Positions 40,020-53,460 of a DNA stretch of 64,000 nucleotides are shown here, one piece after another. Where the stretch lies: positions 94,694,560 through 94,758,559 of the forward strand of contig NC_068983.1 of the NCBI RefSeq assembly GCF_001194135.2, read 5' to 3'. The DNA is from Octopus bimaculoides. Its lineage: Eukaryota. The translations under genes were made by a program, and so were the position numbers. Every line of letters begins with the position of its first letter. The stretch's first letter is position 1. The notes under the pieces were generated by a model. That model saw only the letters and a program-made list of their open reading frames with translations, did no database searches and was not told where the DNA came from.

Positions 40020-40500
40020 TTGAACATGTTCAGTCCGCTGCTGGGTGAAAGCATCAGCGTGTTCCCTCCACCAACCACAGGCTGATGTTTTTCTCATCCA
40101 TATACTTGGATGGTGAAGAATTTAACAAAATCTTCCAGCTTCTGCATAGTCTTACCCTCTTTTTTTTTTTNNNNNNNNNNTTAACAAAATCTTCCAGCTT
40201 CTGCATAGTCTTACCCTCTTTTTTTTTTTTCTGGATGTAATGTCCACTCCATTAATTTGTTATTCCATTTATTATCCTTCTTCAAAATAAATCTCTCAAG
40301 AAAGATCATTTCAGGGTTTTTATTTTCCAGATGATATCCGTTAAACCTGTTGCCACTCTTATCCTGTTGTTTTTCCACTTATCCATTTTGTTAATCTTCA
40401 GCATTTTCCTTTCCATGGCTCTTTGTGTTGATCATAATTTATTCTCAATGCTCCTGTTGCTAGTCCAGTGTGGCAGAGTAGTCTCCTCAAAGTAGTATAA
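40020..40500 (-). mobile_element. Decayed RTE/BovB-like LINE C-terminus
   Basis: Minus-strand AMERKMLKINKMDK..NNRIRVATGLTDII-like fragments. Confidence 0.55.
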
Positions 40501-40560
40501 TCCCTAGCTCAAATTCATAGTTTCCAGTCCTCAACAGCAATATATATATATATAAGGTCT

Positions 40561-41142
40561 AATATAATTTACAAATGCACCGTCCTCAACACATGACAAC
40601 TCTACAACCATATATATAGGGTCAACTATAAATTTTAAACAGCGATATGCTGTGCATCTCAATTCTTTTAGATATGAGAAATGCAGTAAATCCACAACCC
40701 TCACCAGTCACATATATCATCTCAAAAATAAGAATATTCCATATAACATATCATGGTCCATAATAGATTCAGGACTTCCATACCAAGGTTAACACTCGGC
40801 CTGAACGTTATGCCTAAAAGAAGCATTCTACATATTAAAACACAACTCTACAATACTACTAAATAAGTATAATGAGGCCCTAGATCTATGCAACCACCAC
40901 TTTTTTCATACCTTTAAATTTTGCCACAAATCTAAATTCAACTTAAANNNNNNNNNNACTTTTTTCATACCTTTAAATTTTGCCACAAATCTAAATTCAA
41001 CTTAAATCACCACACATTACATATCCCAAACACCCCTTAGGTAATATCCAACAACCTTATTTGACTTTCCAATGTCTTAATTCTTTAACTTTTCAATTCT
41101 TAATTTTAATTTTTTAATTGTTTAATAATACATATATAAACA

Positions 41143-41181
<39 letters not shown>

Positions 41182-42200
41182 NNNNNNNNNNNNNNNNNNN
41201 NNNNNNNNNNNNNNNNNNNNNNNNNNNNNNNNNNNNNNATATATATATATACATACACACACACACATGTATGCATGTCAATATACACATCATTCTTTCT
41301 CTCTCTGATTTATCAGCCCCCACCATCACTTTAGCTTGTACAATAAATACGTCTATTTTTAGAAACTTGACCATTATATCTTATTACTCTTCCCTTCCTT
41401 GTTGACGTTTACTACTCACTTTAGTACACCCCCCCCNNNNNNNNNNCCCCCCCCATCATTTTCTTTACCTATCTCCCCACCTTAGTGCCTTTCAAACTTA
41501 TCGCCCCACCTTCCACTTCTCACACATGTTCCTTCCTTATGTTCTTATCTCTTCCTTCTATCCCTCCCCTTATTCCTTTTATCCTGATAACTCTCTTCTC
41601 CTATTCCCCTCACAATATCTTGACCATCTAGCACTCCTTTTTTCATTTTTCTCCCCCCCCCNNNNNNNNNNCCCCCCCCCATTCCTTTTAACTAATACCA
41701 TTCTCCTCCTAACAAGCATGTCTGTTCTCTTCTCTCTGTCTACTTACCCCTATCTGTACATTCTCAAAATTTCATTCATACCACAAGACCCCTTTGAATG
41801 AACAGCNNNNNNNNNNNNNNNNNNNNNNNNNNNNNNNNNNNNNNNNNNNNNNNNNNNNNNNNNNNNNNNNNNNNNNNNNNNNNNNNNNNNNNNNNNNNNN
41901 NNNNNNNNNNNNNNNNNNNNNNNNNNNNNNNNNNNNNNNNNNNNNNNNNNNNNNNNNNNNNNNNNNNNNNNNNNNNNNNNNNNNNNNNNNNNNNNNNNNN
42001 NNNNNNNNNNNNNNNNNNNNTATTCTCTTATTTCCCTTTATACTTCCTGTATCCATCCTTTTCCAAAATAACTCCTGATATTGAACTATACTATTTCCCT
42101 CTAGTTAACTCCCTCATATCATCTCTGATGAAGGAATATCCCTAATATCCTAGAAATAGCTGTAAAACTACCTTTCTCTTTATAAATATCTTAAATATTT
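40561..42200 (+). mobile_element. Penelope-like element remnant (GIY-YIG endonuclease plus 3' region)
   Basis: IIYKCTV.../TIYIGST.NFKQRYAVHLNSFRYEKCSKSTTLTSHIYHLKNKNIPYNISWSII...LCLKEAFYIL...LLNKYNE..LCNH at 40561-40900; hammerhead motif at 42125-42164. Confidence 0.8.
42125..42164 (+). ncRNA. Hammerhead ribozyme motif (minimal type I, degenerate)
   Basis: CUGAUGA-AGGAAUAUCCCUAAUAUCCUA-GAAA-UAGCUG-UA: both core boxes, a stem II, a near-palindromic helix III and a GUA triplet; stem I is weak. Confidence 0.55.
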
Positions 42201-42299
42201 CACACAGCCTTGGTTTTGTTGTCTCATTTTATTTAACATACATATATATATACACATATACATATATTGCTGTTGGAGACTGCAGTTAATATATGTCTG

Positions 42300-42628
42300 G
42301 TCATAGAGTGACAAATGGTTTCGCATCTATAAGGCACTAAGCTATATGGATATGCCACAAGAGCCAGCGGGTAGCACATGGAATGCACCATTTTGANNNN
42401 NNNNNNNNNNNNNNNNNNNNNNNNNNNNNNNNNNNNNNNNNNNNNNNNNNNNNNNNNNNNNNNNNNNNNNNNNNNNNNNNNNNNNNNNNNNNNNNNNNNN
42501 NNNNNNNNNNNNNNNNNNNNNNNNNNNNNNNNNNNNNNNNNNNNNNNNNNNNNNNNNNNNNNNNNNNNNNNNNNNNNNNNNNNNNCATGCTAGCATGGAA
42601 AGCGGACATTAAACGATGATGATGATGA
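42300..42628 (+). mobile_element. RTE LINE 3' end in + orientation
   Basis: catgctagcatggaaagcggacattaaacgatgatgatgatgac tail. Confidence 0.75.
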
Positions 42629-44691
42629 CTCTATGGCCAGACATAGTTAACTACATGTAAATACATTACTGGTGTATTCTTTAGAGCATGCTTCTTTTTC
42701 GGATATATGATCCACTGACACGTATGCATTTATTTATGAATAGATGGATGGGTGGGTGGGTGGTTGGATGGTACATAAAAACCTGCATGTGTGGGCCTAT
42801 TCAAAAACATATATTTACATGCATGCGTGTACAATATGCCAGGCCACTCTTGGGTGCTACTTGTGACCTGTAATCCAGGACAACTTTTTACATGTTCAGG
42901 TTGTCAGGGACTTAACCAACAATCCCAGCAGACAAATCTAATGGGGATGTTGCTCCAGTAACAGTAAGACAAGACTTGTCAAAGGAAGGATGATCCCAGT
43001 ATAAGGTCAACAGCTATTTAGCAGTAATGTGCAAAGACTTAGAAACACTCAAGATGGGGAATGAGTGTGCTGTAAATCCACTGAGTGGTGGTTAGATGTG
43101 CTCTTTAGCCATGGTGAAGGCAGCTGTCTAGGAAAGGGTCACTGCAAATAATAACCTGGTATGTCAAGCTAATTATTTGCAACCATGGTGATCTTAACAT
43201 TGTTTTGTTTTTGGTGATTGTATGTATGGTTAAACATACATAAAATCTAACACTTTGCAAAACTTATCTTCTTTTTATTATGGATATTTTAGATCTTATC
43301 CATGCACAGATGTTANNNNNNNNNNTCTTCTTTTTATTATGGATATTTTAGATCTTATCCATGCACAGATGTTACTTAACATATATGGTCTAATTAATTG
43401 TGTTGAACTGTCTTAAAATTATTTGACAGTCTTATATATATTGTGTATTCTTTGAGTAATACATGTTTGAGGATTGTCTTAAAATACAAAAATAAAACAC
43501 TATCAACTTTAGAAAATGTATAACTCACAAAATAATGAGAATGGCAAAAAGGGTGTGGGAATTGAAATTTTGAAATAAGAAACTACTAGGACATCATAGG
43601 ATGAAACAAATTCTAATGGTTAACATCAGCTACTGATGTACACAGAATTGAATTTNNNNNNNNNNTGTTTGTAACAGGTTCTTTGAATGTAGGGATTACA
43701 AAAGAACTTGACTGCATCCTGGTTCCAATAAATGGCACATAATTGATTATGTTCTAACCAGACGGAAAGATTTGAATGATGAGACAAGTTTGAGTTTTAA
43801 GAGGCACAGTATTTGACACGTTATAATTTTGCAGGAATTAAGGTAAACATCAAAGTAAAACCCAAAATTAATAAGCAGTTTTCAATGCTTAAAAGACTTG
43901 ATGTCTGCTCTTCATAGTGACATGAATTAGATGGGTTATCATTGTCCAAATCACTCTGTATTTAAGTGTAAGATCAAAAGACCATGTCTTCCTTGTGTGT
44001 TCCATTTTAAGCCTGGTTTCTACAGCTGGATGCCCTTCCTAAAAACAGCCACTTTTTAAGTGTACTAAGTGAATTTTATTGTGGTTCTGCTACTAGAACT
44101 AGAGAAATTGTCATTTCCTTGATGCAAGTAAGGATCTGTTACTGCTCTTTCTTTATTCAGTCACCAACCATGTTACTGAGGATGCTGGGTAAATTTTGTT
44201 GTACCAACACTAGCAAAGCTGTCCTTACTAGACTAAAGAATTCTACATACACTCTGTTCTTGTGGTGAACATGACTGAAGGAATGAAAGAGGAGAGTGTG
44301 TGTAATGGGGAGAAAACAGTGATAGGACGGTAGGGGAGAGAGTAATGGATGAGAAACTCTAATAGTTACATGTAAAACAGCATGAGTTGTAAGATGGGCT
44401 AGCAAACAGATGTATAATAAGAGACTAAGCGATGGCTNNNNNNNNNNGTAAGATGGGCTAGCAAACAGATGTATAATAAGAGACTAAGCGATGGCTAGCA
44501 ACAGAGATGAATGATGGTGAGACTAAAAGATTTAAACTAAGTCACATGAGAGAAAGAGTAATGGTTAGTGGTAGAGGGGGTAGTAAGTCGAACTGAATAT
44601 GGACAAATCTGACGCTGTCTCTTTTTACACAGACATTACGATGGAAGAGAGGTAGAGTGATAGAGAGATTTTGATGGTTGTTTGGGTAAGT

Positions 44692-45390
44692 CATCATCAT
44701 CATCATCGTTTAACATCCAGTCTCCATGCTGGCATGGTTTGACATGGAGCTGAGCTGGCTAGCAGGGAGTTGTCCAGACTCCAACTGACTTGTGGCATTG
44801 TTTCTATGACTGGCATGGATGCTTTTTAAGTGGCACCAGCACCTGAAAGGACAAGCCTNNNNNNNNNNTGGCATGGATGCTTTTTAAGTGGCACCAGCAC
44901 CTGAAAGGACAAGCCTGTACAAGTGAAAGACACCAATTTTACTTAGCTTGACATGTTTTATCAAGTGCAGCAAATCGCTACTTCTCCTGGTCCCTTGCCA
45001 TTTTCTTAGAGGGATAATGATAATGGCCAGTGGCAAAAGGGTTGAGTAAATGCATCTCCTGCAGTTGTTTCAATAAGACTATTGTATTGGTAGTATCTCT
45101 TCCTGGCACAAAACTGAACTGCATTTCATCTAGTCTGAATTTTCTTCATTTGTGCCATGACTCATTCTGCAACTTTCATAACTCCATTCACTCTGATGTC
45201 AGTTTCAACAGTTGGTCCTTTTGTTGGGTCTCTTTGAAGTAGACCCTCTATTTGTCATACATTCTCCACATTCAGCAGCTTCTCATAGTTGCACTTTTAT
45301 TCCTCATCTACATTGACATACATAAACTTGTCTCTTAGTTCTCTTTGCAGCAATATCCCACCACCATTTTATATTGCATCAAGATGGAAT
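44692..45390 (-). mobile_element. RTE LINE 3' end plus RT fragment
   Basis: (cat)n tail at 44692; a degenerate QF.F.PGR.T region at ~45090-45130. Confidence 0.65.
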
Positions 45391-45398
45391 CTTGCACA

Positions 45399-45434
<36 letters not shown>

Positions 45435-45879
45435 CTAGCTGTGTATGTGTATGTATTAAGACACATTTTCTATATGGCTGCAAACCATTCTTTATCACAA
45501 TGGCAATAAGTTAAATAAACTCTGACAACTACTCTTGCCAAGATTTTGGGATTTCATTCCACAGCAAGATCACCAATATAAATATGCTTTGACGTGTGTG
45601 TATGTATTGCTAAGTAGATATATTTGAATGAGGGTACAAAATGAAAATTAATTTAATAGTGCATTGACTGGAACTAGTGCCCTATGAATATATGGTTATG
45701 AAGAACTATATAAAAAAATAGGTGTTTGATTTGTTGTATTAGTAAGCTGAGGAGAGTTTAGAAGTTGCATTGTGTTTGTCATTTGTACTTCCATGTAATG
45801 AAATTGTTATATGTATGTCTTTTTATTATAAATCAGTTAATTAATTTAAGTCTCTCTCTTCAAAATTGTCTTACTGGGT

Positions 45880-46500
45880 GGGTCCATGGATAATATAGTA
45901 GTGTGAGAGGATTATTAACTAATGAGGGAGATACAGGTGTGTATGGAGAGAGATTGCTGATGGAGATGGGGACTGGAAATGGGGTTAGGATGGAAGGTGT
46001 AAGAAAAACATTTTGTTACCTAAATACATGGAAGAAATTCCAGGACCTTAGTGGTGTGCTATTGAAAAGAGGATACACAGTTTTGCTAAAACTGAAGGGT
46101 AGAGTGTATGTTGCATGTGTGAGAAGTGCTATGATTTATGTGCACGAGGCATGGATAATGAACCTGAAACAATAGAGAGGGCTGAAAAGAAAAGAAATGA
46201 GAATGGTTCATTGGATAAATGGAGTAAAGCTGAAAGAAAGAGAGAGAAGGGAGGGAAGACGAGCAATTAATCACAGAGGATGAAGGGAATAAAATCAGTG
46301 ATGGATATTAAGAAAAATTGGATGAGATTGACTGGGTCATGCACTGAGGAAGTAGGAAAGAGGGGTAGTGGGAATGAATATGGAAAGAAATAGAGAAAGG
46401 AAAAAATTTGGAAAGACATGATTGAAAATGGTGGAGGAAATAAGGGTAAGGAGATTGGTGAGGTGGATTTAGAGAACAGAGAAGTCTGTTATGGGCCTGC
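45880..46500 (+). mobile_element. Decayed RTE LINE C-terminal fragment
   Basis: LKLKGRVYVACVRSAMIYVHEAW..., the same motif as 25474-25884. Confidence 0.7.
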
Positions 46501-47258
46501 AAAGCTAAACTTACCTGTAGCAGGGAAAGGAAATGGTTTTAGAATGTTGTCTTCAAAGTTTTCTTCCTGTTTGATGTATATATTGTTTAAAAACAATATA
46601 CACTCATAATGGCCTATGTAACATTGTCAAATTGGTATTAACTGCCAGTATAAATGCTTTTTCGTAACCACATTGGCATATGCTACAGTTTCATAAGTTC
46701 AGTTAGTATGAGGAATCTAACATTTCAGGCTTTATCTTGTCCTTCATCTACACTGATATAATTATATACTAGTGAAGAGATACTATGGATCTATGGATGT
46801 AGTGGCTCAGTTTGCTCTGCTCCAGTTTATATCTGTATGAAGGTAACTGATTCAAGAATTGTTTCACTTTTTTCCTAATCCTTTTTCTAACTAGACTACA
46901 TTGTTTATGCATTTCAATTACTCAAAATAAGAATTTAAAGTTAGTCAAAACAAATGATAGTCATTTTATTAAATGACTAATGTTCTTTTTCTTTTTAAAA
47001 ATAATGTATCTATTCTTGTCTATTCAACTATTAATTAAATGGTACAATGTGTTTCCATCAAGGTCAGTGTCTTGATACATAGCAAAGTAATGTTGTGTGC
47101 CAAGAAATGTTTTCATGTCCTTGGCACCTATACCATAGTACCCTGGATTATCATCCCTGATTTTGATGTATTTTTTTATAACATTGGTTTTTGTTTTGTT
47201 TTGTTTTTTCACTTATTTCTACCAGTTTTATTTATAACTCTTGTAATATTTATTGCAG

Positions 47259-47453
47259 GGTGTTCTCACTTTTTTGGCTGTTCAGAAGTACCGTTTGGGT
47301 GCAGGTGAAGCTTTCACAAGTGGCTATGAACCAGAAGCAAATGTTTCCTCTCCCTATTCTTCCTTCCCAGGAAGTGAGACTGGTGATCCATATCAGCAAC
47401 CACCATTTAGTGCGCAAAAAGAAGCTCCAGATTTTCAAACACCTACCTATTAA
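47259..47453 (+). CDS. SYNGR: Synaptogyrin last coding exon (end of TM4 and Tyr/Pro-rich cytoplasmic tail)
   Basis: tattgcag|GGT, phase 0 after exon 3: GVLTFLAVQKYRLGAGEAFTSGYEPEANVSSPYSSFPGSETGDPYQQPPFSAQKEAPDFQTPTY*. The YQQPPF motif and terminal Y are synaptogyrin-like. Confidence 0.95.
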   Translation, partial: GVLTFLAVQKYRLGAGEAFTSGYEPEANVSSPYSSFPGSETGDPYQQPPFSAQKEAPDFQTPTY

Positions 47454-50400
47454 CTCTTGAATCAACTTATCCAAGCAAAAGAAGAAACTATTAGAGACAA
47501 TTGAAAGGCATGAGTGTTAGCGGCAGGATAATATCCTGAACTTGCAAACACCTGATGTTAAGGGATCACGTGGAAACTGTCTACAGTTTGAATGTTACAT
47601 GTTACTGGCAGTAACTGTAACTGTGCCAACACCAGCCATTTTTTTTTCAATTGCTCAGACTGGTATGGGCATTGTTGCTGGATTTCTTTATGAAATAATA
47701 CTGTCAAATCTTGACTCTTTTTTCAATATTTTAGAGTTGGCTTGAAATAATATTCTAAAAGTCAGTCTCTTATTCCTGCCATCAGGTGTCAGCACTGTCT
47801 TGGTTGTATAAATTGGTGTTACTAGTCAAGTGTATAATTTACAAGTAAAGAGATATTAAGTTTTAAAGACATTTGAAATTATTAAGATTTTAAAAGTATT
47901 GTGTAACAAGAGTGTTACCATCATCTTATTTTATTTTCTTCAGCTTATTAAAAGAAAATTTTTTGCTTACTTAAAAATATAAACAATAATACAAGTGAGA
48001 TATTATTTATACAACTTATTTTTATAGCTGTTTTTAAGTAATATATAAAATAGCTTTACAGGAATTTTTTTTTCCAAAGCATTTTCAAANNNNNNNNNNA
48101 TATATAAAATAGCTTTACAGGAATTTTTTTTTCCAAAGCATTTTCAAATTAAGTTTATATAACTTATTTCTCTATTACCTTCTGATAATACCATCAAAAC
48201 AATAAAGCTCTCTGCTTATTTGCTAGACTTTGAAGCCACTAGTGGTATGTGGTTGTGTTTGACTCACTTGACTATTCTCCAGTCTCATTGACTGTATGTT
48301 TGCCATTAGAGAAAAACTCAGCCTGAAATGTTGTGTATCTGTAAGATTTTACAGCTGGCAATAGTTCACCAACCACCAAACTGACCACTTTGCTACTTTT
48401 TATATTAAACAATGTAAAATGTTTAAAACATTGAAAAGTCTCTCTCTCTCTCTCTTTTTACTTTTTTTTTTCTTTTTTTTGCATTCTGTTGGTTATTAGC
48501 AATAAGCGAAATAAATAGCCACTTTATCTTTAGTTCTGTTCAGATTTAGTGTCTAAATTTCTTATACTTTTGATTACTTATCAGAATCATCAGAAAGGAG
48601 GTATTTTGGAAATACTATTAAAATTTCAATTATATTCATCCAAACATCTTTTATTCCCTAAGTCAACACTTTCCTTCTTGATTCAAAACAAACACAAAAG
48701 ATTTATTTAGACTTATTCATAATGCAATAAACATATCTTAAAATTACTGGTAAAGTATCCAATTGTTTTATTATAATNNNNNNNNNNTATAATAATTTTT
48801 GGAGTGTGGGAATTGAAGTCATGAGATGTGTTGCATTCCATGCTATTATCTTTAGGAATGACCTTGTTATTGTGTTGCTCTCCTGATCAGTCTATTGTTC
48901 TCCAACACTGATCTCTCCTCTCTTCTTGGACATGAGTTATATACCAACTGCTGATGTATCAAGATCCTCATTATCTGGGAAGTCATGCAGAATTTTACTA
49001 GCAGTGTTCTCAGGCTGTCATTGCTCAACAAGTTTGACATTGGTCAGCCTACTCTGCTGACCCTTTCATCTCATTGCTTCAGTATTAGTTTTGTTTCATA
49101 CCATTTTTTTTTCCAGTAAAAAAAAAAACAATCAACTAGGTAGCCTGGGATAATAAAAGAAAAAAGGAAAAAAACCAAAAAAAAAAAGCGTGTAAGATTG
49201 GTTTTTGAATTACATTTTCACTTTAGAGCTATTGGGTTTTTAGTTATTCCAGTGTTTACATTTCTAGTCGAATTTAGCTTAACACATTATGTTAACACAT
49301 CAGTTTGTTTTCTTTAGGTTTGGTCGTTTAATTAGTCTGTTCCAGTTCCTCTATATCATTTTGTAATCNNNNNNNNNNGTTCCAGTTCCTCTATATCATT
49401 TTGTAATCAATATTATTTATTCTCTGCTGTTTAGTAACAACTATCTAAATTGAAATATTTAACTAGCTAGATAGCTGTGTGTGTGTATATGTGTGTGTAA
49501 AATTTATATGCACACAAAAATTTGCATATACTTTGATGGATATAGTAACGTGTTATTGTCATTAACTCTTTGCCATATTTAAAAAAAAAAGAAAGCTAAT
49601 AAAATAATAAAAAGAATTCTATTTAGTGCTAAGTGTTTTTTAAAATAGTTTACTTTCTCTGTACTATTTCTTATGAAGTTATTTTCACATAACCTGACAG
49701 TTTCTATCATAATTTTCTTCCATGTCAAACAGCTATTTATGTCTAAAACTCATCTCAGTTCTTTAGAAAGTATAAAAATCTTAAATTCCAAGAAATGTAG
49801 TGCCATCTACTGTTAATTGTTGATTGCTTAATTAATACATTTTCTGTTCATCTCTTCCATTCATTGTTTGGCTGGAAGTATATATGGTTATCTCATTGTA
49901 TTGTTCTTGAAACTTTATTTAGACCTCTTAATACTTTGTTTTACTTCAAATTAACTTAACACTTTTGAAGGTTTTTAACTAAAACAGAACAAAAAATTTT
50001 GGTTTCTAAAACATTTTTATTAAATCTTTTAACTAGATTTGAGAATATATGCTTTATTTTTAAGTTATTTTTTATACTCACATCATTCCAAAATACATTT
50101 ATGTATCAATATTCAGTTTCTTTTTTTTTTTTTTCTTAATTGTTGTAATTTTGTTTTAACTATGCAAATTTAGGGTTGTTGAAAATGTTTTCCCCCACCT
50201 CCAAGAGATAAGGAATGGGTGTATGTGATTGTGTGTATGGACATTCAGAATTCATATTCATAATTTATTATTTGGTAAGCAATGTGCATCTAGTTATTTG
50301 TCTTGACTTGCATCAATCCACTGGTTTTCATGCTAGTTGTGATTTGATGTCCAAAAGCTACATTGTATGAACTTGCATGCATTCTACAGTCCAGTCATAA

Positions 50401-51570
50401 CACTCAGCCAACCCCAAACCACATCTGCAACATTGTTATTGTTATGTTTTTGATTATTAATATTGTTGATGAAAATATAACTAAGAAATTCAATAAAGAA
50501 AATCTGTTTCTTCTTACTTTCTATCTCTGCCCTTAACAGCTTATACATTCACAAAATTGAGTCCTTTAATTTATTCAGTTTATTTTATTGCCCAATATTT
50601 TTAGCTTCAGATTACCAAAGAATATTTTATGTTGGAGATTAGCACTTAATCTTCTTTTAATGAAAGGTATTCTTTTTTGTTTTGCAAGTTTTCATTTTTT
50701 TATCTAATCTTTATTTAAACAGTATTTCTTTTTTTTAATTATTTCAATTGTGGCACAAACTACTTTGTCTTGTACAATCTTATCTCAAGTTACATGGAGT
50801 TGTCTCTCCTGTAACAANNNNNNNNNNNNNNNNNNNNNNNNNNNNNNNNNNNNNNNNNNNNNNNNNNNNNNNNNNNNNNNNNNNNNNNNNNNTTTTCACA
50901 TTATTCACTTTGTTTCAACAAAATGTATTTAACAATCCTATCCTTTATATATAATTCTTTCTTCTGTAAGATATATATAAATCAGAAACAATAGTCTTAA
51001 AGCATATCTTTTAGTGGATTTGATAAATTACTGCTAAAATATATTTTTGCTGTTGAGATTTCTACTGTTATAATATATTCATTGTAACTAACTTGAAACA
51101 AAATTGGGCATTATAAGCATCTAATTATGTTATAGAATATTTTCTTTTAAACAAAAAAAAAAATGAGCCTTTTTTTTTTTTTTTTTTNNNNNNNNNNTTT
51201 TTTTTTTTTTTTTTTCAAATAAACTTTGTAGGCCTGCAAGGAAAGAAAACTGTAGGCTTATTTCTCAAAATATTCATTAAAGTGAGATCTTTACATTAAT
51301 GTATAGTTAAACGTTTTACTGTTGATTAGTTTTGGGCTCACAAGATGCAGATTTTTGTTGCAGCTTTACCATTCGATAACCAATATCTCAAACTACATGA
51401 AAACAAACAAGTAGACAGCTCTTAACTTTTCTTGTCTCCATTCTTGCAAGGCCATGCACAACATCTGAACGCATGCAACGAATGTCAACTAGTCAGACAT
51501 TGTCATACTGTACAAGTTGTAACTACACTTTGTGGCTGTAATAAACTATTAGGACTGTTTCATTGTCTTA
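47454..51570 (+). other. Putative long 3' UTR of synaptogyrin
   Basis: About 4 kb after the stop codon in which I recognised no SINE or LINE, with many U-tracts. AATAAA at 51540-51545 has TGTA motifs upstream and a GT/T-rich stretch downstream. The end point is inferred; earlier AATAAA sites exist. Confidence 0.45.
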
Positions 51571-52299
51571 TGTCATTCTTTCGGCACTTGAAACGTTAAC
51601 TTTTAGAAATTTATAATATAATTTTTTTCTTTCTTTCTTTCTTTCTTTCTTTCTCCAACAAGCACAAGGCCTGAAGTTTTGTAGTGGTGGTTGAGGGGTG
51701 GCTAGTCAATTACATTGACCTCGTTGCTCAACTGGTAACTATTTTATCAACCCTTAAGTGATGAAAGGCAAAGCAGACTTCAGCAACATTTGAACTCAAT
51801 GTGAAAATGTGACAGAGATTAACTTTGCTTTTCTCTTTTCAGGTTTGATAAGTACCACTTGGGCACTAGGGTCAATGTAATCGACTTCTCCTCCCCAAAT
51901 TTTCAGGCCATGTATCTACAGTTGAAAGTTTTGTTTTTTTCTTCCCACACACACTCATTATCCATGCTTGACACTGAATGTTTTAATTTTAAACCAGGAA
52001 ATTTTTTTAACAAAATCTTCCCCCAGCATTTCCAGGCTTTTATGCAAATGTTTTTGTATAGCCCAATGTGCCTATGATACAAGAACTATAAGTTCTACAC
52101 TAGTTCACTTTAGCTGTTCTGTTTTGCAGCGATGTCTGCTAGGCAGTTGACTTCCTCAGCAATATGTGACTTTTGTTCCTTGTCTCATAGAAGAATATTA
52201 GGTCTGTTATATGAGCACTGAATTATTGTTTTTATTGCAATGTTCCACCAGTATTTGCAATTTTTAAAGATATGAACACGTTGGATAGTTTTGCAAATA

Positions 52300-53250
52300 T
52301 GAGGTGCATTCAAAAGTATCCAACTTTATTTTTTCCCACCAAAACTAATGCTGTGTGGGCAAAATCCTTCGTGTTGTAGGTGACACCACCCTTTCTNNNN
52401 NNNNNNATGCTGTGTGGGCAAAATCCTTCGTGTTGTAGGTGACACCACCCTTTCTGTGCATACATGAAAATTTTTGTGCCAATAGCCTAGTTGTTATACC
52501 TAGAGTACAGACATGTAGTGTACACTTGTCAAATTTTCATTTTCACCAAAAACATTGAGCAGAGACATTACATCAAGTTTTGCCGAAGGCTTGGTGATAC
52601 TCAAGCTCAAACCATCCAACAGATTCAATAGGCCTTTGCTGAAGACACCATAGGAAAAACTCAGATCAAGGAAGTGTACAACCATTTCAAACATGGCCAC
52701 ACCTCAGTGGACAATGAGGCATGTATGGGTAGGTCATCCACATGCCGAAATGAGGAGTTAATTGAGAAGGTTCAGTGAATAGTTGTGGAAGACCACCATG
52801 TAACAGTCCAGAAAATTGTTCATGAAGTAAGAATAAGCACAGAATCAGAACTTTCCATTTCAATGGAGGATTTATGAATACAGAGAGTGTCGGTGAAATT
52901 TGTGCCCAAGGTGCTGAAGAGCAGCAGAAGTAATGACATGGAAATTGCTCAGAACATGCTGGATTGTGCTAACCATGACCCAGAAATCATGAAGACCATC
53001 ATCACTGATGATGAGACATGGGTTTATGGTCTCTGCTTGATGTGTTTGGTCATCTTGTTTGAAAACGAAAATCTGACAAGTGTTTACTACGTCTGCACTC
53101 TAGGTGTAACAGCAGGAAACTGACGTGGCTTCTTGACATGAAAATTTTCATGCATGCACAGGAAGGGTGATATCACATCCCACCCAAAGGATTTTGCCCA
53201 TGTAGTTTTGGCAGGAAAAAATAAGTTGGATACATTTTAAATGCATCTCA
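52300..53250 (+). mobile_element. Mariner (DD34D-type) defective element with long inverted ends
   Basis: TA|tgaggtgcattcaaaagtatccaact ... agttggatacattttaaatgcatctca|TA. IEQRHYIKFCRRLGDTQAQTIQQIQ*AF...VSVKFVPKVL...IITDDETWVYG, ending just after the first catalytic Asp motif. Confidence 0.9.
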
Positions 53251-53460
53251 TAAGTTTGCTAATGTTGTCAAACACTTTTGAACAGCTACTGTTATTAGTA
53301 ACCTCTTCCACATTGGTATGAGACAACACAATGTGAAGGCATCCTTATCTCTTTTATTGAGCAGGTATTTTGTAGCTATCGCCTATTCCTAAATAGTAGA
53401 GGTGTTTCTTTCCAGATAAGATGTGATTTATCAATCATATTTTGGAGAGATTATTTCCTT

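Noticed and set aside
46515-46566. 52-nt minus-strand exon-like segment (aaacag|...|gtaagt) as a possible HSD17B4 exon 2
   Set aside because: No similarity to LGR.YAL.FAERGA, a weak polypyrimidine tract, and a stop after four codons if joined to exon 1. At most a cryptic exon.
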